Positions 26,781 to 48,126 of a stretch of DNA of 64,000 nucleotides are shown here, piece by piece (position 1 is the stretch's first letter; every line of letters begins with the position of its first letter). Made by a program: the position numbers and the translations under genes. The stretch lies in assembly GCF_009914755.1 (NCBI RefSeq), contig NC_060940.1, one strand, 5' to 3'. Source of the DNA: the human T2T-CHM13v2.0 reference genome, Homo sapiens. A model generated the notes under the pieces. The model searched no databases and was not told where the DNA came from. It was given only the letters and a program-made list of their open reading frames with translations.

Positions 26781-27296
26781 GGCTCCCGGAGGTCGACATT
26801 TTGGTTTCCATAGGCAAAGTCCTAACACCACAATTGACATAGTTAAAAAGGGGAGACGGTAACGTGTTTGGTAGAGGTTACATATCTTGCTATAGTTGTT
26901 TATTTTAGTTGCTGAGTGATACACAGCCCTCAAAGAGTCTGACATTGTGCCCATGGTTACACTTGTCCGGGGGAGACCTTGAATTTGGTGTGGAAGAAAT
27001 AACATCAGTAGTTCAGGTACGATTGGATCAGCATCTGGTCCTCGATTTGCCTTTGGAAAAAAAAAAGTTAATATTTATAGGCCTGGGGGAGGAGGGTGAA
27101 TATATATATATACATATACATATATACATGCCAGGTGCGGTGGCTCACGCCTATAATTGCAACACTTTGGGAGGCCAAGGTGGGAAGATCACCTGAACCC
27201 AGGAGTTGGAGACCAGCCTGGTCAACATAACTAGACCCTGTCTCTACGAAAAATTTTTTAAAAGGCCGGGCGCGGTGGCCCACACCTGTAATCCTA

Positions 27297-27557
<261 letters not shown>

Positions 27558-27724
27558 TTAGCCAGGCATAGTGGCGCATGCTTGTAGTCCCAGCTACTTG
27601 GGAGGTTGAAGTGGGAGGATCACTTGAGCCTAGGAAGTTGAGGCTGCAGTGAGCCCTGATCGTGACACTGCATTCCTTGGGCGACAGAGCGAGGCCCTGT
27701 CTGAAAAATATGTATGTATTTATA

Positions 27725-27920
27725 CGTGAGGCATTGCATCAAACATTTCACATGCTTATTTCATTTGATTTTTAAACTGTGTATGAGGTCAGCTGGAGTC
27801 CCCTTTTTACAAATGAGGAAATTACCTTGCACAAGTTCACACCCAATAGTAAGTTGTGGAGACAGGATCCAAACCTGTGTCTATTTAACTCCAAAGCCCA
27901 TGCTCTTAACCACTGCACTA
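27725..27920 (-). mobile_element. MIR SINE
   Basis: TTTTACAAATGAGGAAATT...GGATCCAAACC...ACTCCAAAGCCCATGCTCTTAACCACTG core on the minus strand. Confidence 0.7.
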
Positions 27921-30260
27921 TTACCTCCATCATCTGATATATCCAAATACACGGGTAATAAATTGTGCTGCTGGTCATAACTCAAGTTACAGACAATACA
28001 GAAAAATACTACTTTTTATGCAAAAAGAGCATCCTACACAAAAAGAAGGTCAAGCCCAAAAGCCAGTAAAAACATAAATCATTTGATTTACTTTCCCACT
28101 TCATAGCTGCTCACAAATAGTAATCATCAAACCTACCATTTATTGAGCACTTAGTATACAGCAGGCACCAATCTAAGCTTTTAATCCTCACAACCTTATC
28201 ATGAGTTACTACTACTATCTGCTTTTAACAGAGTAAAATAAGGCAGAGAGAGAGGTTAAGTAACACAGCTGAGGGCAAAACCAGGAGACACAAGTGTTTA
28301 TTCTGATCCACAGTGCCCTAAATAACATATATTTAGCTTAAACAATCTGGGAAATGAGTCAGACTTCTAAGCCACCACACTTAAAATAGAAAGCCAAAAG
28401 GTATGTATGAATTGTACTTTCAGAATAAAATAATACAGGTTGTAATCTCAATAATTTAGTTCTGCTGCCAGAGTTGTTACTAGGATAGTACCTTCATTAA
28501 TAAAATAATTATAAACAGATTAAAATAATTTTTTGGCCTAGCGTGGTGACTCATGCCTGTAATCCCAGCACTTTTGGGAGGCCTAGGCAGGCAGATCATG
28601 AGGTCAGGAGATTGAGACCATCCTGGCTAACACGACGAAACCCCGTCTCTACTAAAAAATACAAAAAAAGTAGCCGGGCGTGGTGGCGGGCGCCTGTAGT
28701 CCCAGCTACTCTGGAGGCTGAGGCAGGAGAATGGCGTGAACCCGGGAGGCGGAGCTAGCAGTGAGCCGAGATCAGGCCACTGCACTCCAGCCTGGGCCGC
28801 AGAGCGAGACTTTGTCTCAAAATAAATAAATAAATAAATAAGAATTTTTTATTCACCCATTAAGAGAGATTGTAGGCCAGCACAGAGACTCACACCTGTA
28901 ATCCCAACACTTTGGGAGGCCAAGGCAGGAGGATCAATGGAGCCCAAGTGTTTGAAACCAGCCTAGGCAACATAGTGAGACTCTGTTAAAAAAAAAAAAT
29001 TCTTTTTAATTAGCTAGGCGTGGTGGCATTCGCCTGTAGTCCCAGCTGCTCAAGAGGCTGAGGAAGGAGAATCACTTGGAGCCCAGAAGCTGAAGGCTTC
29101 AGTGAGCTGAGATCTCGCGACTGCACTCCAGCCTGGGCAACAAAGCAAGACCCTTGTCTCTCTCTCTTTTTTTTTCCTTTTTTTGAGGCAGAGTTTCACT
29201 CTTGTTGCCCAGGCTGGAGTGCAATGGCATGATCTCGGCTCATGTCAACATCTGCCTCCTGGCTCAGCCTCCCGAGTAGCTGAGATTACAGGCGCCACCA
29301 CCACGCCCAGTTATTTTTTTTTCTTCTATTTCTAGTAGAGATGAGGGTTTCGCCATGTTGGCCAGGCTGGTCTTGAACTCCCGACCTCAGGTGATTCGCC
29401 TGCCTTGGCCTCCCAAAGTGTTGGGATTTCAGGCGTGAGCCATCGCGTCCGGCCCCCTTGTCTCTTAAAACAAAAAAAAGAAAGAAATTGTAATTGAGGC
29501 CCAAAAGTCTCATTCTAATATAATTATCTAATGATATTTTTCTGTGATATTTTTCTCTTGTAGATGTCAACTACATGCTAGAAAGAATGCTATCTTAATG
29601 CAATGTGCAAATTATGTATTTTAGGAAACTACTGGCAAGTTCTTGATTTACTCTAGGCTAAGCAAATAGGCCTGTAGGTGGGAGTGAGCGATATGCACAT
29701 GGCTTGCTCTCCAGTAGAACATTTGTTGAACTCCATCTTGGGGCATGAGAAAGATAACCAAAGAACTGAAATAGTACAACAGCTGTGATTGCCCCACTAC
29801 CCTCCAGCCTGGGCCGCAGAGTGAAACAACAGGCCAGGCACAGTGGCTCATGCCTGTAATCCCAACACTTTGGGAGGCCGAGGCGGGCAGATCACCTGAG
29901 GTTGGGAGTTCAAAATCAGCCTGGTCAACCTGGTGAAACCCCATCTCTACTAAAAATACTAAAATTATCTGGGTGTGGTGGCGGCCACCTGTAATCCCAG
30001 CTACTCAGAAGGCTGAGGCAGAGGCTGCAGTGACTCAAGATTGTGCCACTGCACTCCAGCCTGGGAGACAAGAGGGAAACTCTGTCTCAAAAAAATTAAA
30101 TTAAATTAAATTTAAAAAATAATAAAAACAACAAACAGAAACAGGCCGGCGTGATGGCGTATACCTTTAATCACCATACTTTGGGATTCTGAGGTGGGTG
30201 GATGGCTTGAGCCCAGGAGTTTGAGACTAGCCTGAGCAACATGACAAAACTCAACCTCTA

Positions 30261-30509
<249 letters not shown>

Positions 30510-30603
30510 TTAACTCTCCCATGGCATCTTAGCTACTTTTAGCATCTATAAAATGGGTTTACAATGCTGGCTTATTTGGTACTAAGTCAAATGGGGATGG
30601 CTG

Positions 30604-30923
<320 letters not shown>

Positions 30924-31019
30924 AAGGCTGAATTTTTAAGAACCTCTAAAGGAATATTTCAATTGAGCATATTATAATTTTTTTGTCTAATGTACTTTTC
31001 AGACCATAAAACGCTAAAG

Positions 31020-31460
<441 letters not shown>

Positions 31461-31679
31461 AAGGGTCTAGATTAGAGGATGTGCGTCTGCACCTATTTGT
31501 TCAGATGCAAAATTTTTAAAAAGTTTGACCCACGGGGGGAGATGCTAATGGCTCATGATTCACCAAATGAGTGACCACTATGTGTTAGTCACTGAGGATC
31601 AAGATTAAAGATCTTGCCCTGCCCTCATGGAGTTCCCAGTCTCACCAGGAAGCCAGACATTTAGCAGGAAACAAAGCCC

Positions 31680-31845
31680 TCTGCGGGAGGCTTGCGCTTG
31701 TCTTTGGCCCCCAGAGTTCCTGGGGCGCGTGCCCGAGCGCTGTACCGTCCCCTCAGCTGATTGGCTGACAGGATTTCCAGGCCTCAGCCAATGAGGCTCC
31801 GGCTTGGCCAGTGCCAAGAGCAGCGGTTGTTGGAGTGTAACTGCC
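31680..31845 (+). promoter_or_regulatory. DDX19B: Alternative upstream DDX19B promoter: CpG-rich, two NF-Y boxes (CTGATTGGCT 31757-31766; AGCCAATGAG 31786-31795)
   Basis: Small CpG island with paired CCAAT boxes directly upstream of an ATG-containing exon that has a GTGAGT donor. Confidence 0.7.
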
Positions 31846-31858
31846 ATGCTCAGCCGCG

Positions 31859-31930
31859 ATGGCTGGGGCTGCCGGGCGCGTCCAAGATCGCGCCCTGCGG
31901 CGGTTTCCCATCACCCTGCCTGTGGGCGAC
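31859..31930 (+). CDS. DDX19B: DDX19B alternative first coding exon (MAGAAGRVQDRALRRFPITLPVGD), in frame with exon 2
   Basis: GCGATGG Kozak context, 72 nt, phase 0, GAC|GTGAGT donor; gives an isoform 5 aa longer than canonical. Confidence 0.75.
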
Positions 31931-32326
31931 GTGAGTATCTGCGAGGGTAGAAGCCAGACCCTTTCCTCCCACGTTTAGGTGCCTTCCTCGCCCCTACTCC
32001 TGGGTAGAGGAATAACAATATTTCTCGAGGCTTCGGCCCAAGGTCTTAGCCTTGTGATCTAGAATCCGCCATCTGTGAGGTGGGTACTTCCTGTGATTTC
32101 AGGGGAAACTGAGACTGGCTAGGCTCACGTGGGAATAAATGCAGGAGGCTGAATTCCAATCCAGATGCTCTTATTCCCCGAACACTCTTCTTTCCACGCC
32201 CGCTTTGGAAACCAGGTTCCTTCTTAGCCGGAGTCTCACAAAGCGCAGGTGTATTGGGGGTGAACTTAGGAGAGTCTGAAACCCCGATGCTATTTTTAAG
32301 TTTTTTTGTTTTTTGTTTTGTTTTGA

Positions 32327-32524
<198 letters not shown>

Positions 32525-32730
32525 TAGTAGAAGAAAAAACACATGCTAAAATCGTGTACGGGAAGGATAAACACCAAATTTGGCATAGCTGCTGTCTTCC
32601 TGGGATGAGTATACGGAGATTATCAATTGGACCTTAGTAATTTTATTTATTAAGTTTTGAGGTGGGAATCTAAGTATTTGTTATACCCTTTCTTGTTTGT
32701 CTGAAATACATTTTTAAAAGGGAAACATGG

Positions 32731-32906
32731 AGCCAAGCACAGCTGCACACACCTGTAGTCCCAGCTACTTGGGAAGCAGAGGCAGGTGAACCTCTTGAAC
32801 TCAGGAGTTCAAGGATATAGTATGTGCTGTAATGGTGCCTGTGAATAGCCACTGCACTCCAGCCTGGGCAACATAGCAAGACCCTGTCTCTAATTTAAAA
32901 AAAACC
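32731..32906 (+). mobile_element. FAM (fossil Alu monomer)
   Basis: Monomer with FAM-type GCCTGTGAATAGCCACTGCACTCCAGCC segment. Confidence 0.7.
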
Positions 32907-33813
32907 ATGCATATGGAAAATAATTTCAGAGGATAAAGCATACTCAATCCACCCCCACCCTTCTAGAGGCCCTCACCAGGGGCAGCCATGGTTATCAGTT
33001 TTGTGTGTATCTTAAGCATTTTTTTTTTTTTTTTGAGACAGAGGCTCGCTCTGTTGCCCAGGCTGGAGTGCAGTGGCATGATCTCAGCTCACTGCAACCT
33101 CTGCCTCCTGGGTTCAAGCAATTCTCTGCCTCAGCCTCCCAAGTAGCTGGGATTACAGGCACCCACCACCATGCTCAGCTGATTTTTGTATTTTTAGTAG
33201 AGACAGAGTTTCACCATCTTGACCAGGCTGATCTTGAACTCCTGACCTCGTGATCCACCACCTTGGCCTCCCAAACTGCTGGGATTACAGGCGTGAGCCA
33301 CCGCACCTGGCCACATTTTTTTTTTTTTTAAGAGGCGATGGTTTCACTATGTTGTCCAGGCTGGCTTCGAACTTCTGAGCTCAGGCGATCCTCCAACCTC
33401 AGCTTCAGGAGTAGCTGGGACTGCAGACACAGGCCACTGCTCCGGTCTTCTTAGGCATTTTCCATAGTGTATAAAAGCATATATGGGAGCTTGGGGGCTT
33501 TTGGGGTGGGGGTTCCTGTTTGTTTTGTACAAGTGAACCTACTATATACGGTCCTGCAACTTGGGCGATGTAATTTTTAACCTCATTAAAATGTTTTGCA
33601 AATTTCATTAACCTCTAGCCCTGTGAAACAATATAATTTATCTGGGAAAATATCCCCAGGGTTGCTTCTGAATTGATGAGATGTAGGTCATGGCTACCAA
33701 GGTGGTGTTTGCCTTTTTCTTTTTAGCACATCCTCATGTGTAAGGTCAAAAACAAAAAACAAAAACGTCTTCTCCAGTTAACCCTGTGAGAGTGCAGGAA
33801 AAAATAATCATAG

Positions 33814-34567
<754 letters not shown>

Positions 34568-35156
34568 TGAAAGAGGTTGGGATTCATTTTTTTCAGATTG
34601 TAGGAAAATGCCTAGTTTCTTTCTAGGGAAGTAACAAGGGAAGAGAAGCTTCTTTGATTCTAGTTAGGAGAAAGCAGTTCTTTCATTTAATCCTTATTTT
34701 ACAACTACTAAAAGCCCAAGATATTTCTTCCTATTTATTTATTTGTTTATGAGGCAGAGTCTTACTCTGTTGCGCAGACTAGAGTGCAGTGACACAAACA
34801 CTGCTAACTGCAGCCTCAACCTCCTGGGCTCAAGTGATCCTCCCACCTCAGCCTCCCAAGTAGCTGGAACTGCAGGCATGTGCGACGACACCTGGCTAAT
34901 TTTTAAATTTTTCTTGTGTAAGGATAAGGCCTCGCTATGTTGTTGTTTTCAAACTCCTGGATTCAAGCGATCCTCCCACCTCCACCTCCCAAAATGCTAG
35001 GATTACACATGTGAGCTACTGTGCCTGGCCAATCCTGGCACTTTGGGAGGTGGAGGTGGGAGGATCACTTGAGCTCAGGAGTTTGAGACCAGCCAGGACA
35101 ACACAGCAAGATCTGTCTCTATCTTAAAAAAACAAAAGGCCGGGTGCAGTGGCTCA

Positions 35157-35479
<323 letters not shown>

Positions 35480-35483
35480 TTAA

Positions 35484-35678
<195 letters not shown>

Positions 35679-36079
35679 TAACATTCTCCTGATTCTACAA
35701 CGCTTACATAGGAGAGCTGCAATTCCTCCTCTTGGGGTACAAATTTATGAGTGCAGGTGCAGTTTTGTTACATGCCTAACAAGATTGCATAGTGGTCAAG
35801 TGGACTTTTAACCAAATGGGTTGTCAGGGCTGATTGCCAACATCTGGACATTTTAAATTACCAATCTGAAAAGGGAAACAGCTCTGTGCTTGTTTTGCAT
35901 TTTGGTGACTATTGGTAATGGTTTTCTGTTTTGATATATTCAATCTGTTCAATCTGTATTAGTGCCTACTCTGCCACTGTGTTGGGCGGGAATCTGATTT
36001 TGTTCTTTGGTTGGAGATCCAAGTTAACCAGAGCTTAGGCATTTTAAGATAACTACCTCAGCTTGATAGGAAAGCTTGC

Positions 36080-36580
36080 TCTGCCCGGGGTTGAGGGGTA
36101 CGGGTCTGAGGGCAACAGAATCGACAGCCTCAAGTGGGCAAAGGGTGGCCAAACAGGAGTGGCCTCCGACGTCACTGTGGCGCGCCGCTTCCGGTCTGCA
36201 GCCTTGTAGTGGGGCTGGAGCAGAGCCTGCCGCGAACCCCCGGAGCCCACGATCCCTCGTGCCATCCCTCGAATCCACCAGCACGAGCGTCCCACCCGCG
36301 CCTGGGACCATGGCCACTGACTCATGGGCCCTGGCGGTGGACGAGCAGGAAGCTGCGGCTGAGTCGGTGAGTTGGCTTCAGCCCTAAAAGGGTCAGGGGA
36401 CTAGTTCTGGTCGGAGACTTGGTCCCTGGGAAAGAATGTTTCCCAGGTTGATTAGAGGCTGGATGGGGTGGCGGGGAGGATAGGGATGGAGCCTGGACCC
36501 TGAGCTGGCTTTGTTTACGCAGCCGCCTCCGCGTTACGTAAGCGCAGGTGAGTGCTCCTATCGGTAAAGCGCTCAGCTGC
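36080..36580 (+). promoter_or_regulatory. DDX19B: Main DDX19B CpG-island promoter (CRE-like CGACGTCA 36167-36174, ETS CTTCCGG 36188-36194, intronic TTACGTAA 36534-36541)
   Basis: CpG-dense unique sequence around exon 1; motifs read directly. Confidence 0.8.
36310..36366 (+). CDS. DDX19B: DEAD-box helicase 19B exon 1 (MATDSWALAVDEQEAAAES)
   Basis: ACCATGG Kozak; TCG|GTGAGT donor; AAAESLSNLHL N-terminus is that of DDX19B rather than DDX19A. Confidence 0.96.
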
Positions 36581-37849
36581 CTGTCTGTCTTCCTGGAACC
36601 AGGAAGAATCATAGATTGCACCCATCACCCTAGATTGTGTTTTGTTTGTTTTTAATTGAAATAGAGACATGGTCTTGCTAGGTTGCCCAGGCTAGTCTGG
36701 AACTCCTGGTCTCAAGCTATCTTCCTGCCTCGGCCTTTCAAAGCACCAGGATTACAGGCTGAGCCATTGTTCCTGGCCGCCCCGGTTTGTAATAGTTATT
36801 TTAGGTGTCATTCTCCACCTCTACATTCAGAGCTTCTTTGGCTCAGGGACCATGTCTTTGCTCATATTTGTGTGCTTCCTCAGTGATAAATGATGGACCC
36901 AGTAGGTGTGGCAGTCAGCAAATCCTTTCCTCATCGGCTTCACTTTGTTCTTTTTTTCTGGACCTGACACATGGTAAGCAAGAGATGTGTTAAACACTAC
37001 TGCGTAGAATTAATTTCTCCCACCGAAACACTTTAAATCCTAGTAGGCTTTGAACCTACTTCTGTTAGTACTTATTGCTATGACTTCCTCAAGAATAAGA
37101 ACCTTGTCTTTTATTTTTTATAGCTCATAAAAAATAAGTTGTATATACACATTGTTTAAAGAGTGAAGTTATTTTAAAAACAACGGTTCCCGCCAATTTT
37201 TTTCCTCCCCAGAGGCAACTCCTTTTTTTTTTTTGGAGACAGGGTCACACTCTGTTGCCCAGGCTAGGGTGCAGTGGAGTGATCTTGGCTCACTGCAGTC
37301 TCTGCCTCCCAGGCTCAAGCCATCCTCCCACCTCAGCCTCCTGAGTAACTGGGACTGTAGTCATGTGCCACTATGCCCAACTACTTTTTGTATTTTTTTT
37401 GTAGAGATGGGGACTTGCCATGTTGCCCAGGCTGGTCTCGAACTCCAGCGTGCAAGTGATCCACCTGCCTCAGCCTCCCAAAGTGCTGGGATTACAGGTG
37501 TGAGCCACTGCATCCAGCCTCTTTTTTCTGTTTCTTTCTTTCTTTACATATATTTTTTGAGAGAGGGTCTTGCCCTGTCACCCAGGCTGGAGTGCATTGA
37601 CACCATCTCTTGCCAACTACAACCTCCCCTTCCCAGGCTCAAGTGATCCTCCCACCTCAGCTTCCTGAGTAACCGGGACTACAAGCATGTGCCAACATAT
37701 GCAGCTAACTTTTTAATTTTTTGTGAAGACGAGGTCTCACTATATTACCCAGGTTGGTCTTGACCTGCTGGGCTCAAGCCATCCTCCCACCTCGGCCTCC
37801 CAAAGTGTTGGGATTATAGGCCTGAGCCACTTTGCCTGGCCCTTTACTT

Positions 37850-40130
<2,281 letters not shown>

Positions 40131-40530
40131 AGAAGTTCTGTTTTTTGTTTTTGTTTTTGTTTTTTTTGAGACAGGGTCTCACTCTGTCACCCAGACTAGA
40201 GTCAGGCTAGAGTGCAGTGGCATGATCTTGGCTCACTGAAACCTCCACCTCCTGGGCTCAAGGGATTCTCCCACCCTGTCTCCAGAGTAGCTGGGACCAC
40301 AGGCATGCGCCACCACATCTGGCTAATGTATGTATTTTTTGTAGAGACAGGGTTTTGCCATGTTGCCCAGGCTGGTCTTGGAACACCTGGGTTCAAGCAA
40401 TCCGCCCACCTGGGCCTCCCAGAGTGCTGAGATGGATTACAGGCATGATAAGTCCTTTATCGGATATGTTTTGCATATATTCTCTCAAACTACAACTTGT
40501 CTTTTTTCAACAGTACTTTTCAAATAATAG

Positions 40531-40776
<246 letters not shown>

Positions 40777-41403
40777 TAGCCAGGATGGTCTCGACCTCCC
40801 GATCTTGGGATCCGCCCACCTCGGCCTCCCAAAGTGCTGGGATTACAGGCGTGAGCCACCGCGCCCGGCCTAATTTATCAATTTTTAGATGATTAGTTCT
40901 TTTTGTGTTCCAAGATATACACCTTATCCAAGGCCACAAAGATTTTCTCCTGTGTTCTCTAGAAGTCTTATAGTTTTAAATTTTACATTTATGTCTGTAA
41001 TCCATTTTCCATTTTGAGTTAAATTTTTTCTAATAAGGGGTATGCATTGAGGTTCATCTTTTTTTTTTTGAGGCGGAGTCTGGCTCTGTCTCCCAGGCTG
41101 GAGTGCAGTGGCGCAATCTCAGCTCACTGCAACCCCTCGCCTCCGGGGTTCAAGCAATTCTCCTGCCTCAGCTTCCCTAGTAGCTGGGATTACAGGCACC
41201 CACCACTATGCCCAGCTAATTTTTGTATTTTTAGTAGAGACAGGGTTTCACCATATTGGCCAGGCTGGTCTCAAACTGCTGACCTCATGATCTGCCCGCC
41301 TCGGCCTCCCAAAGTGCTTGATTACAGGCGTGAGCCACCGTGCCTGGCCGAGGTTCATCTGTTCATCTTTTTCACAGAGATGTCTTTTTTTTTTTTTTTT
41401 TGA

Positions 41404-41694
<291 letters not shown>

Positions 41695-42755
41695 TAATTG
41701 TTCCAGCACCATTCGTTTAAAAGTCCTTTGGTTTTCTTTTTTCTTCTGTTTTTCATCTTTGTCTCTTTTTTTTTTCTTTCTTTCTTTCTATATTTCCTGG
41801 GAGATTTTCTCAAGTACTGTCTGGTATATTTCATTTTCACTTCTACTTTCTTATTTTTAATTTCAGGAACTTTTTTCTTCTTCCTTTACTGTTCCTTTTT
41901 TACAGACAATACCCTGTACGGCTTTCATGGTCATAATATCCTCATCATTTGGAGGATATTTTTCTTCTTCTCTCTGCTCAGTCTCTGTTTCATGTGAGGC
42001 GTGTTTTATCCATATATTTCAGTGTCTACTTTTTTGTGATGACTGTTTCTCAGATGTCTGTAATCCTTGCTTGGCCACTCATATTTAAGAGTGAGTGACT
42101 AAAAAGTTGAGTGGAAGCTGTAAACACATGAGTGGGGCTTGTCTATTCTGACCTTAACTATATATCTTTAGTGGTCTATGTCAGCATCCTGAGAACTTTC
42201 CTCCCGGTCTGGCCAGATTTTGCAGAGAGGGATCCTCTAAACTCCTGCCTAGATGGTGGAGGTCTGACTCAGTGTTCTGGAATCTAGGTGGAGGAAAGGG
42301 TGAGGGAGGTCTCAGGACCCAGAATACCTGCTTCCACTTAATGCTTCTGTTTTCATTATGGCATCCCCTCCCTTAACTGTGGTCCTTATCCATTTGAGCA
42401 TTTCTCATGCCTAACCTGGCAGGCATTGTTAACTGAGTAAATGAACTGTGTAGTTTGTTATTTGTTGCAAAGAAACTTTTGATCATTCACTCTCAATATG
42501 TAAATATCTATTTAGAAATTGCATACTTTACTGTTTTATTAAATATATTATGTACATTGTAAAGCAAATAAAAAAGTAATAAAGGCTGAGATAAAAATGA
42601 AATAATGCTTTCCTGTGCTTGTGTGTGCTGGCTTCATATTTTTATTAGCCAATATCTCAAGGCACAATATACACTTAGAAAAAAAACACATCATTAGTCA
42701 ACGTAGAGATAAATATGTGTTTCAAGTAGTTCTGAGAGGTTTTTTGTTTTTTTAA

Positions 42756-42980
<225 letters not shown>

Positions 42981-43188
42981 TAGCCAGGATGGTCTCGATC
43001 TTCTGACCTCGTGATCCGCCCGCCTCGGCCTCCCAAAGTGCTGGGATTACAGGCATGACCCACAGCACCCGGCCTGTTTTTTTTATTTTTTAGTTCTGAG
43101 AGTTTTGACTATTTTAACTAACTTCTTGTTAGGTCAGTTTTGTTGTTGTTGTTGTTGTTGTTTGTTGTTGTTGTTGTTTTTGAAATAG

Positions 43189-43437
<249 letters not shown>

Positions 43438-43769
43438 TAGGCATGAGCCACTGCACCCGGCCATTCAGGTCAGGTTAAATTGTCATTGTTTTAACCTATT
43501 AATGTGCCTAAGAGGGTTTGTTAGGAGTAGGTAGCTTTGACATTTTCTTTTTGGCTTGAGTTTGCATCATAGAGTTATCTTTTGGATAGAACAGAAACTC
43601 ATAATAATGAATCCAGTGATAATAAAAACTCAGGTATGAAATGATTAACTCTTGCTGTTTTTAGCAGGCCCAAACTAGCCATTTTATTAACCTTACAACA
43701 ACAAATTCCTGCATTTTATGAAACAGAATCTTGAGACCCTATTATTATGACATTATGGTGAGATTAAAG

Positions 43770-44641
<872 letters not shown>

Positions 44642-44677
44642 TAGGATTACAGGCGTGAGCCATCACATCTGGCCATA

Positions 44678-44741
44678 TGTATATATATGTGTGTGTGTGT
44701 GTGTGTATGTATATATGTGTGTGTGTGTATATATGTGTGTA
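44678..44741. repeat. Compound (TA)/(TG) microsatellite
   Basis: Read directly. Confidence 0.85.
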
Positions 44742-44754
44742 TTTTTTTTAATAG

Positions 44755-44922
<168 letters not shown>

Positions 44923-45248
44923 TAAAATTTATTTAAATTTATTATTTATTTATGTATTTATTTTTATTTATTTATTTATTTTGAGACGGAGTCTCACTCT
45001 GCTGCCAAGGCTGGAGTGCAGTGGCACCATGTCGGCTCACTGCAACCTCTGTCTCCTGGGTTCAAGTAATTCTCCTGCCTCAGCCTCCTGAGTAGCTGGG
45101 ATTACAGGCACCCACCACCATGCCCAGCTAGTTTTTATATTTTTAGTAGAGACAGGTTTTCACCATGTTGGCCAGTCTGGTCTCGAACTCCTGACCTCAG
45201 GTGATCCACCTGCCTCGGCCTCCCAAAGTGCTGGGATTACAGGCGTGA

Positions 45249-45992
<744 letters not shown>

Positions 45993-46319
45993 ATTAGTGT
46001 ATTCTTTATCCTTCAGAATTAGTGAAGGATTTTTACTGCTTTATAATGATTTCTTTTTTTTTTTGTTTGTTTTTCAGTCGGCTTTCTCCAGTTGAATGGT
46101 TTCCTTTTTGTTAAGTTGCTTTTTTCTAATCTCTTTAATGTGTTCCCTTTCTTTTTCCTCTTTCCCAACACCAAAGCAGAAAGGGACCAGAAACTTCTTG
46201 TCCATTTCCATGAATAGAAATGGGAGGCTGGGCGCGGTGGCTTATGCCTGTAATCCCAGCACTTCGGGAGGCCGAGGCGGGCAGATCACGAGGTCAGGAG
46301 ATCGAGACCATCCTGGCTA

Positions 46320-47108
<789 letters not shown>

Positions 47109-47182
47109 TTAGCTGGGCAGGCTGGGCGCAGTGGCTCATGCCTGTAATCCCAGCACTTTAGGAGGCCAAGGTGGGCGGATCA

Positions 47183-47410
<228 letters not shown>

Positions 47411-47886
47411 TTAGCTGGACATGGTGGTGAGTGCCTGTAGTCTCAGCTACTTGGGAGGCTAAGGCAGGAGGATTGCCTGAGCCTTAGGAGGTTGAGGCTT
47501 CAATGAGCCATGATCATGCCACTGCACCACTCCAGCCTGGCCAACAGAGTGAGACCTCGTCTGCAGAAAAAAAAGAAAGAACCATTAGGTTGTGATTTTC
47601 ATTTTCTTTTTACTAGATGATGTCTTAGGCCCTGCTTGATATTTTATGATTAGGGTTGGCTTTAGCTTGAAAGGTTACTTACTCACGCCAGACTTTCCAT
47701 CTATCTAATCCCTGTGCTGGGGTCCAAGACTTACAGATGCTTTCTGACCTTTAAAAAAGTCTTTTTTGGCCAGGTGCGGTGGCTCATGCCTGTAATCCCA
47801 GCACTTTGGGAGGCCGAGGCAGGGAGATCACGAGGTCAGGAGATTGAGAACATCCTGGCTAACATGATGAAACCCTGCCTCTACTA

Positions 47887-48126
<240 letters not shown>

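Larger units (their letters stand above)
26100..26800. promoter_or_regulatory. AARS1: CpG-island promoter of AARS1 (CCAAT 26539-26543, GC boxes, CARE TGATGCAAC 26675-26683, CRE-like/E-box TGCGTCACATGA 26706-26717)
   Basis: High CpG density outside Alus around non-coding exon 1; motifs read directly. Confidence 0.85.

Noticed and set aside
26677-26862. Proline-rich 61-aa ORF in the promoter
   Set aside because: Poly-Pro results from the C-repeat; phase 2 at the donor is out of frame with DDX19B exons 2-4
32731-32906. Possible 7SL RNA gene
   Set aside because: Lacks the 7SL S-domain; matches a decayed FAM monomer
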